DNA of 63,969 nucleotides, the filler included, from Folioceros fuciformis (Eukaryota), in the NCBI GenBank assembly GCA_049999805.1. It is 9 parts of 9 records of this genome, joined end to end, with 100 filler letters (N's around TTAATTAATTAA, not from the genome) between each part and the next. Parts side by side here need not be neighbours in the genome. Positions count along the whole stretch, not along the records: positions 1 to 3,692 come from JBNGIO010001425.1; positions 3,793 to 21,665 come from JBNGIO010001426.1; 7 more parts are not named here. One strand, written 5' to 3'. The position numbers and the translations under genes were made by a program. Numbering within the stretch: the first letter of the stretch is position 1; every line of letters starts with the position of its first letter. The notes below the pieces were generated by a model. That model saw only the letters and a program-made list of their open reading frames with translations, ran no database searches and had not been told where the DNA came from. Positions 1-15,765 of this stretch are shown here, one piece after another.

Positions 1-17
1 TACTAACTAAGTATGGT

Positions 18-770
18 ATGGTTGAGTGCAAGCCAATCTCGATTCCTTTGGATCAAAATCTAAAGCTCAGTGCTCATGATGGTGAAGCACTTGAAGATCC
101 AACAATGTACAGGAAGATTGTGGGTAGCTTGATATATCTCACTCTATCCCGACCAGATTTGAACTATACAGTGGGATTGCAAAGTCAGTTTATGCAGGCG
201 CCAAGAAAGCCACATTTGGATGCAGTAAGGCGAACGTTGCGCTATGTGAAGGCAACTATGGATCATGCTCTCTTTTATGTTGCAGATTTAGAAATAAACC
301 TGTGTGGGTACACAGATGCAGATTGGGCAGGCAGTGTTACTGATCGTAGATCTACAAGTGGATTCATTTTTTCACTTGGGAGTGCAGCAATTACATGGAG
401 TAGCAAGAAGCAGCCTACAGTGGCTTTGTCTAGTACAGAAGCTGAATACAGAGGCGCAGCAATGGCAGCGTGTGAAGTGACTTGGATTTGTAAGTTACTC
501 GGAGATTTTGGATTGCAGGTCAACGACAAGGTTGTTATCTACTGTGACAATCTTAGCAGCATACAGTTGGCGCGAAACCCAGTGTTTCATGCCAGGACAA
601 AACACATTGAAATACATTATCATTTTCTTCGCGAAAGGATTTTATCTGGAGCTATTGATCTTGTGTATGTCAACACATACGAGCTGATAGCCGATATATT
701 TACTAAGCTAATGGGAGCAAAGAAGCTGAAGAAATTCCGAGCTATGTTAGGCGTACAGATGCTATGTTGA
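18..770 (+). mobile_element. Ty1/copia pol 3' end (RT C-terminus + RNase H), truncated at window start
   Basis: ORF contains copia motifs YRKIVGSLIYL, SRPDL, GYTDADWAG, SSTEAEY, YCDNLS, HARTKHIEIHYHF and ADIFTK. Confidence 0.96.
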
Positions 771-774
771 GCTC

Positions 775-1076
775 GAGGGGGAGTGTTGAGTTATCGAGCT
801 CTATATGAGCTAAACTCATGTGGTGTTAGTTATCCCAGTTGGGTTCATACTAGACTAGTTCTAGTTATTAGTGAACTTAGGATGGTGTAGATTATCCCAT
901 ATTGAACCTGGAAGTTGAGTAGCCCTAAATGTACTACTTAAATGGAGACCTCGGACCTCCATAGTAAGACAGTGGTGATGTGTATTGTTTTCATGGTTGT
1001 GATCACCAATACCACCCTCTCTTCTCTCCTCTCCTCTCCTACACTTGCACGTAGATTGGAGTCGATCCTATTGACA
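775..1076 (+). mobile_element. Polypurine tract and 3' LTR of the copia element
   Basis: GAGGGGGAG right after the pol stop, then TGTTGAG at 784 and a probable ...TTGACA end at 1076. The first 46 bp recur identically at 23802-23847. Confidence 0.8.
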
Positions 1077-1302
1077 TCTAATACCATTTAGAGATGGAGA
1101 TGATAAAGAAGAGGCTATTATTTTAAGATACAGTATGCCATTAAATAGGCTTACATAAAACGGTTCGTAACTGCTGCTTGATTTTAACTGTTTTATAAAT
1201 CTACTAAAACTGATTAAATTGTTTATGTATTATAACCCTAATGAAACGTGCCCTAGAACTTAAGTTCACTGGTGTACGTGAGAACACGTTTATGTACCAA
1301 CA
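1077..1302 (-). mobile_element. 5' LTR and truncated Met-tRNA PBS of a second LTR element
   Basis: Minus strand reads TGTTGGTAC... from 1302, followed by TGGTATTAGA (1086-1077). Shares motifs (AAACGTGCCCTA, TTTAACTGTTT) with the LTR at 57055-57299. Confidence 0.6.
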
Positions 1303-1742
1303 GGCAGTGCGTAGACGAGAGTGGACGGAAGGGCGTTTGTTGTGAGGGAGGACATTCACCAGCAAGGGAGATAGAACGTGATTGTCAGAAGGCATAAGTT
1401 GGAAAAGTAAGCCGTGGGGTAAATTAGAGCGGGAGAAAGAGGAGAGAGAGTGTGTGTGTGAGTTAGAGAGAGAAATAGAGGGAGAGAGTGTGTGGACCCC
1501 ACTAAGGTAGCCAATTGGGCGACCGTTGCTAGGAGGGAAACGGAAGTAACCGAGCGTAGTAGTAGCTGTCGGGGCGACACAGTAGCCAGGTTGGCCGTAA
1601 GATAGTCCAGGGATAAGGTAGTCGAGGGGGCGACGGTGGTAGTGGAGTCGTGATTAGGTCGAGGTAGCCGGATAGGTGGTAGCAGTAGCTGTGCGAGACT
1701 GACCTAGAGTAGTAATTGACTTTGTGAGACAACCTGTGTTAT

Positions 1743-2507
1743 TTAACACAAATCATTCCCTTGGGATCGAATCCCAATGCTATAACAACAAAGAGGGTTT
1801 GTGTGGACCTCGCAGCACCCCCGGGTGCAATATTTTTCCCCATAAAGAGACTTGTGACAATTGAGTGCTCGTTCCTTAACAAGAAGTGCTCCTAGTACTT
1901 CTTCAAGAGTGATAGTAGGAACCTGGCCCACTATGGCTGCCTTAACTGCAACGTGTATCGTGGCATTCTCGCTACCATTAAAGCTGCTGTAGCTCTTTGG
2001 CAAGGAGACTCACTACTGCTTGTACCTCTGTAAGGACTATGCCACAATATGCAAGGTTCCCCCTATGCATCCTGTACTTGTTGATGTAGGCCTCCACTGG
2101 CTCATTTTCTTTCATCCTCAAATTGAAAAAATCCCTGTACGCATGAACAAGGGATGCAGAGCTCTTATCCTGATCATTGGACTCAAACACCCTTCACACG
2201 TCATTAGCAGACTTGGCTCTAATGGTGTGGGCCATCATGGTTCAATCTAAGGCAGCAATGAGTATAGATCGGGCACGCTTATCCTTTCGCTCCCAGGCTA
2301 GGATTTCGTCTGCCATCTAGCAGGTAGTGTGACCTTGGCTTTTGTCCCATCTACTATGGAAAACAGCTAATTCTCCTCAAAGATCTGAGTGAGTCTCATG
2401 GCCCAAATTTGATAGTCTACCCCATTAAACCTACCTTTATCACGGAAGTCTATTATTTTCAAAGGAACAAGGGCAGCTACAGGTGCAACAGGCAATTGTG
2501 CTGTCAT
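1743..2507 (-). mobile_element. Degenerate copia gag
   Basis: Minus-strand translation gives DFRDKGRFNGVDYQIWAMRL and FFNLRMKENEPVEAYINKYR...EVQAVVSLL, broken by stops and frameshifts. Resembles the gag at 61131-61844. Confidence 0.8.
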
Positions 2508-3692
2508 ACTTGATGAGTTGAGGATGGATTGAGGGATTGACTAAAGTTGTAGTTGTTTAGCTCTCTTTAGTAGATTAGAAGGGGAGAAATCCCAAACAAG
2601 GTATGAGAAAGAATCAGCAAATAAGAAGAAGATGTCAAGAACATCCTCATCATCTTCATGATCTTGCGCTTTGTGAACCTCCAAAGTTTGGGGTAGTGCT
2701 TTGTTTTGGTTGAAAAAGGGTTACTAGTGGTATGGAATGGTATGGTTTGGTTTTCTTTTTCTACTTCTTTTCCCTAAATTTCCTTTATTTTCTGGTCATT
2801 TTTCCTATTTTTCCTTGTGCTAATTAGGTTAATAGACCAGTAAATAGTTGGTTTGGTTATTAGAGTGGGTATAGGTTTGGTCCCAGACCTAGGAAGGTTT
2901 AGGTCCAGTACCGAACCATAGGGTCGGGAAAGGTTAAGTCTAGGTCTTGTGATTATTTTAATATTAATTAAAGACATAATATTAAATAATTAATAATATT
3001 AAATAATATAAAATATAAAATAATAAGAGGAACCTAGGAACGGGAATATGTGGCGTATGGTATGTCAGAGTCTAAGGTCAGGCTGCTGGCTGGCCTGAAT
3101 GGCTATGAAGGCCGTGCCCTAGCTAGGGCTAGAGGCAAGGGTTGCGGCTACCCCCATCCTCCTCGCTTCCTCCCTTCCTCCCTTCCTCCCTTCCTCCCTT
3201 CCTCCCTTCCTCCCTTCCTTCCTCTTCCATTCTCCTCTTCTTTCCCCCCTTCCTTCTCAATCTCCCCTCCCACTTCTTTTGGATCTAGATTGCAGGTAGG
3301 GGGAGGGACCCCTGAGCATTGGGAGTGAAGGCCGATATAGGAAGATCAGGAGCTGCGACCTTGTTCACCCCCCGATTTCCAGATTGCAGCTGCTGATTTG
3401 TCTTTCTGCCTTGTTCCCGTTGTCTCGCTTCCCCATCTCCCCGCTGCCTGCCATTTCCTCCCTTCTCCTTCTCCGCCCCTTGCCCCTGCCTCGCTTGCCC
3501 TATCTAGCCCAGCCTTGCCTCCGCCCAGCTCCCCTAGCCCTGTTCTGCCTCATCCAGCCCTCCCCGTTCCCCGCTTCTCGCTGCCGTGGAGGAGCAATCC
3601 TCCAGCTGCTGGAGCGACGCATCAGCCCGTTGCTGGCCGATTTCCCCGGCCACGGCGGCGCAGCGATTTCCCCACCCACTGCGGTGCTAGAT

Positions 3693-3792
3693 NNNNNNNN
3701 NNNNNNNNNNNNNNNNNNNNNNNNNNNNNNNNNNNNTTAATTAATTAANNNNNNNNNNNNNNNNNNNNNNNNNNNNNNNNNNNNNNNNNNNN
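3693..3792. other. Artificial contig spacer
   Basis: N44-TTAATTAATTAA-N44, which places stops in all six frames. Confidence 0.99.
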
Positions 3793-4948
3793 CCCTTGGA
3801 GGTATGCACTTTGCTGTGCCGATCCTTGCCTGCCGACGGCCGAGACGCCCGTACTCCCGCTCCGACTTCCTTTCCTGGGCCCTGCCCCGAAACCCAACCC
3901 TCCACACGGCCTCGGACTCTCCTCTCATCCTCCCCGTATCCTACAAAGCTCCTGTCACTGCCCTCCTGCTGCTGCTCCTCCTCCTGTGACTGCTGCTGCT
4001 CCTCCTCCTGTGACTGCTGCTGCACCTGCTGCTGGTCTTGGAAGGTGGGAAAACCTAGTCCGTGCAGCTGGGCCTCCCCCAGGCTGTCCTCACCCGCTTC
4101 CAGCTGGTGGGAGAAGAAGCATTGCGGAAGCTGAGGCATGGATATCCTGTTCCGCCCTAGGCTTCCTCCTTCCTTTCTTCCCCCGGGACTGGGACTGGGA
4201 CTGAGCCTGGGCTGTGACATGCCAACCCCGGGATTCCAAATTCTTGTCGATGCACACACCAACACACAGCACTGCACAGTGCACACGGCCGGGGCCACAC
4301 TCCCTGCCCTGCACCTACGCTAGGCCCAGCTGGTATCGATATCCCACCCGTGCACGACGTCACTGCGAACCATGGCGTACACTCTACCTATTCACACATA
4401 CGTGTACCTACTGCCAATTCATCTCCTACCAATTTATCTGTACTAATATACATCATTTTTCTATTTTATTATTTAGGGATCAAGATCCTTTTTTGGTCCC
4501 TGCGTGCTTAGATTTGTCCAGTCCGAGCTCACTTTGATGTAAGATGGGAGGTGATTGGAATGCGCGTCAAGAAAACAATGACCTCCGTCTACTTCAAGCA
4601 ACGGGTTTCTTGTAGACGCAACGGAAACGTGAGAGTTCGGACCCAGCGAAGTGTGGGGATAAGTGGGGATTTTCTTTTCTTTTCTATTTTCTTTTCTTCT
4701 TTACTTAGTCTTTTGGACTCCAACGCAGAGTTTCAAATTAGATTGTATGTGCATATTACCTTCCTCTAGAAGGTGCTACTTACGATGACTTATAGAACAG
4801 CTTCGTCCATCGCGCCCTTCACGGAATGGCCTTATAAAAAGAAACGAAGCTCCATCTCTTAAAAGTAGAGAGCAACCCTACTTTTGATGGACAAAACTCC
4901 GTTTTTGTCCGTGTTGCTTTCTTGCTGTTTTTCCATGACTTTAGTAAG

Positions 4949-5297
4949 TGTAGGGTTATTAAAGCCCAATGTGCTGAGACTAATGTGTTTAGTCTAAGAT
5001 TAGTGTCTAGTTAAGTATCATTTGTTTAGATTAGCTTAAGCTAATATGTAGGAAGCTTCTTGCGCAACTTCCTGTGCGTTTCTCGTGAAGCTCCTTGTGA
5101 ACTCTTCTACAGGGTATAAATACCCCCTTGAGCTCCCTTGTGAACTCTTCTACAGGGTATAAATACCCCCTTGAGCTCCCTTGCAAGAGAGACATTGTGT
5201 GAGAGTGTGAGACCTGTGTTTCTCCTATCCTCCTTGTTTCCTCCTCTCCTCCTTCACCATGTGGAGCCTCTAGTGATCCTTCAACTAGTATCAGAAC
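4949..5297 (+). mobile_element. LTR (4949-5283) followed by a degenerate PBS
   Basis: TGTAGGG...CCTTCA with TATAAATA, then TAGTATCAGAAC. A homologous LTR lies inverted at 56515-56785. Internal ~43-bp tandem duplication of the TATA region at about 5095-5183. Confidence 0.85.
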
Positions 5298-5301
5298 GAT
5301 C

Positions 5302-5701
5302 CTTCAATATAATGCTAGGATGTCATTATGAACTTGTTGATGATAGTTGAGTGTTAACCATTGGCCGCGACTCCCACGATATGGTCGATATCATGCATTG
5401 GTCATAATTAGACAAATAACATACCATTTCAATATGTTGTGGATTTTGACAACACAAATAGCCACAACTAATGCCATATCAATATGCTCGTTAGAGCCAC
5501 AAAAACAAATGGGTTGCCACTAGCATAGCATTAGGCTATTGGGACATGTTTCTTCGTTTTGAAAAATTTGCTAATCTCTCATTCTGAAAATATTTTGTTA
5601 ACATAATGCTACATCTTGCCCTCTTGTTCTACAACACTTAAGTTATGTGTTGGTTGTCCACTTTATTATGCTCATACAATTCCCCTTTAGGGCTTCATCA
5701 T
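5302..5701. repeat. Copy 1 of a ~400-bp diverged direct repeat
   Basis: Aligns by eye with 8261-8657 (CTTCAATATAA...GGGCTTCATCAT). Confidence 0.9.
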
Positions 5702-6367
5702 TTTTAATTAGACCAAATATCTTGTATAGGTTGAACTTCCAAGGCATGAAATTCTAAACGCCCCTCCGTACGACTAGTGAGAAATCAATCAAGTACATGC
5801 GGTAATACCTTTTTCTATATGGCCAAAAAAAGAAAAGCAATATGGTACTATAGAAGATATTCAAAACATAGGAGGTCAAAGTTTAGCATGACCACATCCT
5901 TGCATGACAGCCCAATTCTTTCCACCATTCGCAGCACGCCACATCCGCAACTTAACCTACTACAATTAGCTAATGTGATGTTAAATAAGTTTAATTGATT
6001 ATTAATATTTTAAATAAAATATTATCAAATACATTAAAAAATAGCTATATAGATGCCTGCATAAAAATGTGTTGTAGACTTGCTATAAGTGGTAGTAAGA
6101 CTTAATGGTTTAAAGCTTAAGAAAAGTGTACTTTACGTTATTACTAAAAGAATAATGTTAGACATAAGTAGTAATGAGATTTAGATGCTAACTTAAGAAA
6201 AGTATGCTTAAGTCAGTAACTAAAGAGTAACATCAAATCTTATGTAAAAAGGGCCTAGCCCATGATTTAGGGTTTAGGGTTTGGGAGCATAGAGTAGTAA
6301 GACAACATTGTTCATGGGAGACTATAATCTCTCTCTGTCTCTCTCTATCTATTTAAGCAAAGACGAC

Positions 6368-6596
6368 GAGTTCTCTCCAAGCTCTTGCATTCTCTTCAAG
6401 CTCTCAGGTTCTTTCTACGCTCTCATGTTCTCTCCAAGCTCTTAGGTTCTCTCCAAGCTCTCAGGTCCTCTCCAAGCTCTTGAAATCTTTTCAAGCTGTC
6501 GAGTTCTCTCCAAGCTCTTGAGTTCTCTTCAAGCTCTCAGGATCTCTTCAAGCTCTCAGGATCTCTTTGAGCTCTCAAGTTCTCTCTAAACTCTCG
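6368..6596. repeat. ~19-bp minisatellite (consensus ~AAGCTCTCAGGTTCTCTCC)
   Basis: About 12 degenerate tandem units. Confidence 0.9.
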
Positions 6597-8260
6597 TACA
6601 TTTTTCATGATTCAATGATAAAGAGGCGCTTCTTGAGAGCTTATAGTGCTAAGGGACCATAGGTTGTGGAAGCCTAAAGTGCTCTCTCTTTGTAAAAGAG
6701 CTTTTAGGCAAAGACGGGGAATTTTGGTGAGTTCTCTCTAACCTTGTGTGCATTCTTATTGACTCATGGGTGAGTAATAAGCAGTAGCATAATAAAGAAT
6801 GCTAACCATAAGTCCTCCTCGGATAGGAGGCCTGGTGGGCTACTTTGAGGCCTAATGCTTAAGTTTGGTAATTTATGTCCTCCATACAGGTACCCTAATA
6901 GGCAAGCAGTTAGTTGATAATTCAAGGAAAGGAATTATACTTTTGGGTACCTCATATTTTTATATAAACAGGTTAAGCTTTAAAGTCCTAGATAAATTGT
7001 TCTCACACATAACAAACACAAAGGGAATCTTAGGTGCTCAACATATTTTTGTTCGATCAAAATGATAAAGTCATTAACCTTAAAGGGTTTAGAAGGTAAC
7101 GCAACTCACGTAGATTCTTCATACTCTGAGTAATTAAATTCTAAGATAAATAACTCATATAAAAATATCATAATTACTCCACCTCAATGTCTTCCGGATG
7201 ATTTTCCTAGCCCAACAATTAAAGCGAAAGAGTCAGGATATGGGTGGCTATATGCAACATAGAAAGTTTTTTGTAAGCCTTAAAAGCGTAATTCATATTG
7301 GGCAAGTAGATCTATAACTGCTCCACAAGCATTTTGCAAGAGAGGGGAAAAGAGGAAGAGCTTTAGGAGCAAAGAAAGCATTCACAGATATTTAAAAAAA
7401 AAATTATCCACAAATAAATTCAAATGATTTCTTAGCATCTTTTCAATGGAAGATACCTATCAAAATTGAGGATCACTCTATTGGTGGGGTACATATGGAG
7501 ATAAAATCAATATCCAAGACAATGCATGAACAGCAAAACCTACTTCCCAACATCTCAAAGTCTATGTCAACACCCCCTTCTTTGAAGAGATCATATGAGG
7601 AGTCAAATGCTTTTTTTGAGAACGAGAAAGCTTCAAAAAAATGTAGACAAGTTGCAAATCAATGCACTGTAAAGAGAACACTATCGTCTTCCCAAGAGAT
7701 ATTTGAAGAACATAAATTGTCCAATGAGATTTTTAAAGAAAAGGGAGATACCATGGCTATTGAGCCATTGAAGGTAGGCTTAAATATGGAAGAAATACTT
7801 GATGAAAACTCAAGTGACAAAAAGACATTCAAACCAAGACTTAAGCCACAAAGAAGAAAACATTAAAAGCTTAATGAACAGAAGGGATTCAGACGAAAGT
7901 TTAAGCAATGAAGAAAACTTAATGATGAGCCAAATATTAAACGAAGTACTGGACAAAATATTAAAGAGAATATCAACAGGGAAGTAAATTAAGATTATGA
8001 AGATTCGAATTAGACTTAATTAGTAAAGCAAACTCATGAACACTTGATCAATAGTTAAATTTATGACAATTAAATGCAAAGGATGTTATGATAATTTATA
8101 AATTATTGATATAAGAATTATGCTTCATGCGCAAGGAAATAAATTTGTTGTTTGCTATTTTTGTAATAGTCTTCATTACCATAGAGTTTACTTCTAGTCG
8201 ACATTTATAATTCGATTTTTATTATAGGTAGTGCACAATAAAAAAGCATGTGTCACGTGA

Positions 8261-8657
8261 CTTCAATATAACGCTCGGATGTCATTATGAACTTGCTAAG
8301 GATAGTTGAGTGTTAACCATTGGCTGCGACTCCCACGATATGGTCCATATCATGCATTGGCCATAATTAGACAAATAACATATCATTTCAATATGTTGTG
8401 TATTTTAACAACACTAATAGCCACAACTAATGCCATATCAATACGCTCGTTAAACCCACAAAAACAAATGAGTTGCCATTAGCATAGCATTAGGCCAATG
8501 GGACATGTTTCTTCGTTTTGAAGAACTTGTTAATCTTCCATTTTGAAAATATTTTGTTAATATAATACTACATCTTGCTCTCTTATTCTACAACGCTTCA
8601 GTTAAGTGTTTGGTTGTCCACTTTATTATGCTCATTCTCCTTTGGGGCTTCATCATC
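8261..8657. repeat. Copy 2 of the ~400-bp direct repeat
   Basis: Homologous to 5302-5701. Confidence 0.9.
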
Positions 8658-8779
8658 TTAGGGTTCACTTAGTATATGCGCAAAGTATATGGAAGCTCAC
8701 CCTTTTTTTTCCTTCGCCCATCACACAACATTACAATGCTTCCCTCACACAATCTTGTTAAGAGTTTCAGGGGTCTAGG

Positions 8780-9105
8780 GCATCAGACTTAGGTGTGATT
8801 GCCTTTCCATCCTATAGAACCTTAAAATCCTTAGACAGGAATTGCATCAGACTTAGGTGTGCTTGCCTTTCCATTGTACAAAACCATAAAATCCTCAGAC
8901 AAGGAATTGCATCAGACTTAGGTGTGCTTGTCTTTCCATCCTATAGATCCCTAAAATCCTCAAACAAAGGAATTGCAAAGTCTTGAGCAAGTGCAAACAA
9001 ATACCCATTCCTCCCGTTGTCCATTCTATAGAACCCTAAAATCCTCAAACAAAGGAATTGCAAAGTCTTCAGCAAATGTAAACCAATACCGATTCCTCCG
9101 TTGCA
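8780..9105. repeat. ~63-85-bp degenerate tandem repeat
   Basis: Recurring GCATCAGACTTAGGTGTG...CCAT..TATAGAACC.TAAAATCCT.A.ACAA.GGAATTGCA units. Confidence 0.85.
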
Positions 9106-9694
9106 CTTCCCCTATTACTAGGTAAGGTAGGTATAGAGGGCACATCCTCACCCTAACCATCCACGCCTACTATATGGATCGGAAAAATACCCGGGTAGAG
9201 GATGTAGGTGCTGTCTTCCGTCTGCTGAACTATAGGGTGAAGTGTGGAAGAACGGCGGTATGAAGGAATAGAATGATGGTATGAAGGGGTGGAAGGAAAA
9301 TGGCGGTCTAAAGGGCGTAGACGAAGAATGGCGGTCTCCGTATCAGTATTCCATGTCTCCCTCCCGGCTTCGCGTGCCGCATTTCTCACTCAGCCCGTAG
9401 GGCTTGCCTTAAACGGCTTAAACCGCTATTTAAGGTGAAGTATACTTACATATATGCATGTACCTTGAACTCGCGAGTGACCGGTGTATCTCTAGAGATA
9501 AGGTACTATAATGGATTTTGTCCGAAACGTGCCGGGGCGTAATATTCGGACGAGTTGAGGAGGATCCAAATTCGCACGGTCAAGGTGCGTGCCAGGAGAA
9601 GCGGAATCAGATAAAGGAATCGGGAATGTGCTTCACGGTCGATATCCTCCTTTGATGTAGGCTTTGTTGCCCGCAGGCCAGGTCGCGCTGTGCC

Positions 9695-11653
9695 ATGGCG
9701 CCCGCTCTGCCCATGGATTCGTCTGTGCCTCCGAGGCTCAAGGTTTGCATGGTTTGGTTTTGCTTTCAAGTTATGCCACACGGCAATGTCTGACTTGTTT
9801 TCTCCCTCCCTTGAAGATTGTGTTGAAGACCAAAGCTGTTTGGTGCCAGCATGCGGAAAAACTCTCTCAGCAGGCCGAGGAGCACGAGAGATTAATCAAC
9901 AAGGTATGAGACTCTGAACATCATATCACTTTCATGCCTGGGAGGGCACAGAAGCGTTTAGTGGAACGCTACTGAATTCTGAATGAATCTGTCCTCTGTT
10001 ATTCCTTCAGGTCACTTACTGCGTTGGAGTCGGAGCGTTTGGCTCGTTGTGTTTCCTGCTAGGCTCTAGTGAGTAGCTTGCATCAGCTTTACTTCTCTTT
10101 CATCCCCAGCACAGCTTCAGTTGCGACGGAAATTTAACTACAGCGTGTTTATCTTGTCAGGACCTCATGATATCCCGTACCTCTATTGCCTGTTCTTTTT
10201 GATTGTCGCGCCTCTTCGGTGGATTTACTACCGCATAAAGAAATGGCACTATTTTCTTTTTGTGAGCTTCTCCTTGTGCTTCTACTTTTATCCCCTATTC
10301 CCTAAGTGCTAAGGTGCTTGCTCCAAACCTCCTGCAGTCTTCACTGCTCTGAAACTGTTTGTGGTGCTCTCTGTCCACAGGATTTCTGTTACTATGCGAA
10401 CGCAATATTCATGGTCATGCTATTGTTCTTCCCAAACAATGACAAGTTGTTTCTCGTCTGTTTTTCCTTCTCCGAGGTCAGCACCACATCACCCCTCCTC
10501 GTAATAACTGCTGGTTGATGATATATTTCCATGTTATGTTTTTCTATCTCCAGCTTCTTCTTCTTCTGGGAAAAGATGAATTTAGCATTGCTTTCATTTG
10601 GCTTGCAGGGACCCTTGGCCTGGGCTCTGATCGTATGGAGATGTAGTCTCGTGTTTAGCTCCATTGATAAAGTGGTCAGCGTCCTCATTCATCTGCTACC
10701 CGGTAGTTTTCAAATTGAAAGTGATCGGTGATGCAGAGCAAGAGGCCCAGGCAGGTGAGTGCTGTCTAACCCCGCTGATTATGATGTGTTGTCCATTGCA
10801 GGAACTGTGTTCTTTATCATTCGGTGGTGGGATCCGATTACCTTTTCTCATCACCCTGAAGAGGTCGCGGGGCCTTGGCCCGCTTGGCCCTATGTGGTCG
10901 ATAATGAAGCCCTCTGGACGTGGCTAGTATTTGTACCCCTTGTTGTTTACGGTATGTGGCAGACGCTGTACATACTTATCGTTTATGGTCTCCGACGTCA
11001 GAGATTGCTAGATGATCCCGAGTTGATGACATCGTTCAGGTAGATACTCACAAATCTTGGTCGCTTGTGGTTTTGTGAATTATCCGACTTGCCCTGACAT
11101 TTCTTCGCTCGCTGATGTATGCAGGCAGCTTTCACGACAAGCATCTAAAGCCAACAATGTTTGGTGGAAAATTAGTGGCCTTCTCGGGGATGCCAACCGA
11201 GGTGTCATGTATGCACTGCTGCAAGCCTTATTTACAGTCTCCACTCTGGCTCTGACTGTTCCCATATTTAAGTCGTATCGGTTCCACATGCTGTTTGAGT
11301 GTTTCAAAGTGACAGCATGCATCTGGAACGGCGGGAGCTTTTTATTTGAGGTCATGCCCCATCAGGTTGCGGCCAAGAAGAAGAAGCAAGGGACGTCCGC
11401 CTCATGTGACATCCAAGATCTATCTACAGTTCTGAGTGCGGACGAGATTCCCGAATGCCAGGATGTGAAAAAGGGAGCTGTGTGCGCAGGCTTGGGGCTA
11501 AGAAATATACGGATATCGCTGTCCGATATCGACTTCAGCATGCTATTACCCAAAGTCCGCGTTCGCGAAGTCTCGCAATGTAGCTCTGGCTTCGATGGTC
11601 AACGACGAATGAAGTTTCGCGTCCCGGCAAATATGTTCGCCCGCGCCAAATGA
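9695..11653 (+). CDS. GPC1: Glycerophosphocholine acyltransferase (GPCAT, DUF2838 family), multi-exon
   Basis: Spliced protein [20 protein letters not shown]...[18 protein letters not shown]...[23 protein letters not shown]...[32 protein letters not shown]...WNGGSF, matching plant GPCAT (At5g35460-like) as I recall it. GT-AG introns. Confidence 0.92.
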
Positions 11654-12071
11654 CCGCCGATGCCGGCAACCATTTTTCCATCCCCTGCATTCGTCAGTGT
11701 GGATTCGTATTTGTAAGCGTAAGGTAGGTCCCGACTTGGTGACAGAAACTGACTCTGCGCATCCAGATGTACATACCGCGTGGAGGCGGTTACCAGCCAT
11801 TTATGTACTTGTAACAATTCTTCAACTGAAATCATCCTAAGATGTTGCCACTATTGAACAGGTGGACAAAAATAAATTGATCCAATGCGCGAAAACATGC
11901 TGCTAACGATTCGGTTAGCCTGAGAGAGAAAAAGGAAGCGTCATCAATAAGGCATTCCAAATAAACGAAATCTGAAACCACCAGCATATCCGTTCTTCCA
12001 AGAAAAAGCACTGTACATAAGGAGCGTAATATTCGCTCCAGAATAATGGAGAGCAGTCACAGAGGCTGCTG

Positions 12072-15765
<3,694 letters not shown>

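Noticed and set aside
3693-3792. Recurrent palindromic TTAATTAATTAA motif, eight times
   Set aside because: Always centred in exactly 100-bp N blocks; an assembly linker, not a biological site.
3050-4540. Many overlapping ORFs in CT/GC-rich sequence
   Set aside because: Low-complexity translations (poly-P/L/S/Q/C) with no domain; probably non-coding retroelement internal sequence.
5400-5520. Possible Ulp1 protease motif (GISCGY) on the minus strand of the direct repeat
   Set aside because: Frame is full of stops and no catalytic His/Asp context is recognisable.
6368-6596. CRISPR-like periodicity
   Set aside because: Contiguous degenerate units without unique spacers, no cas genes, eukaryotic context.
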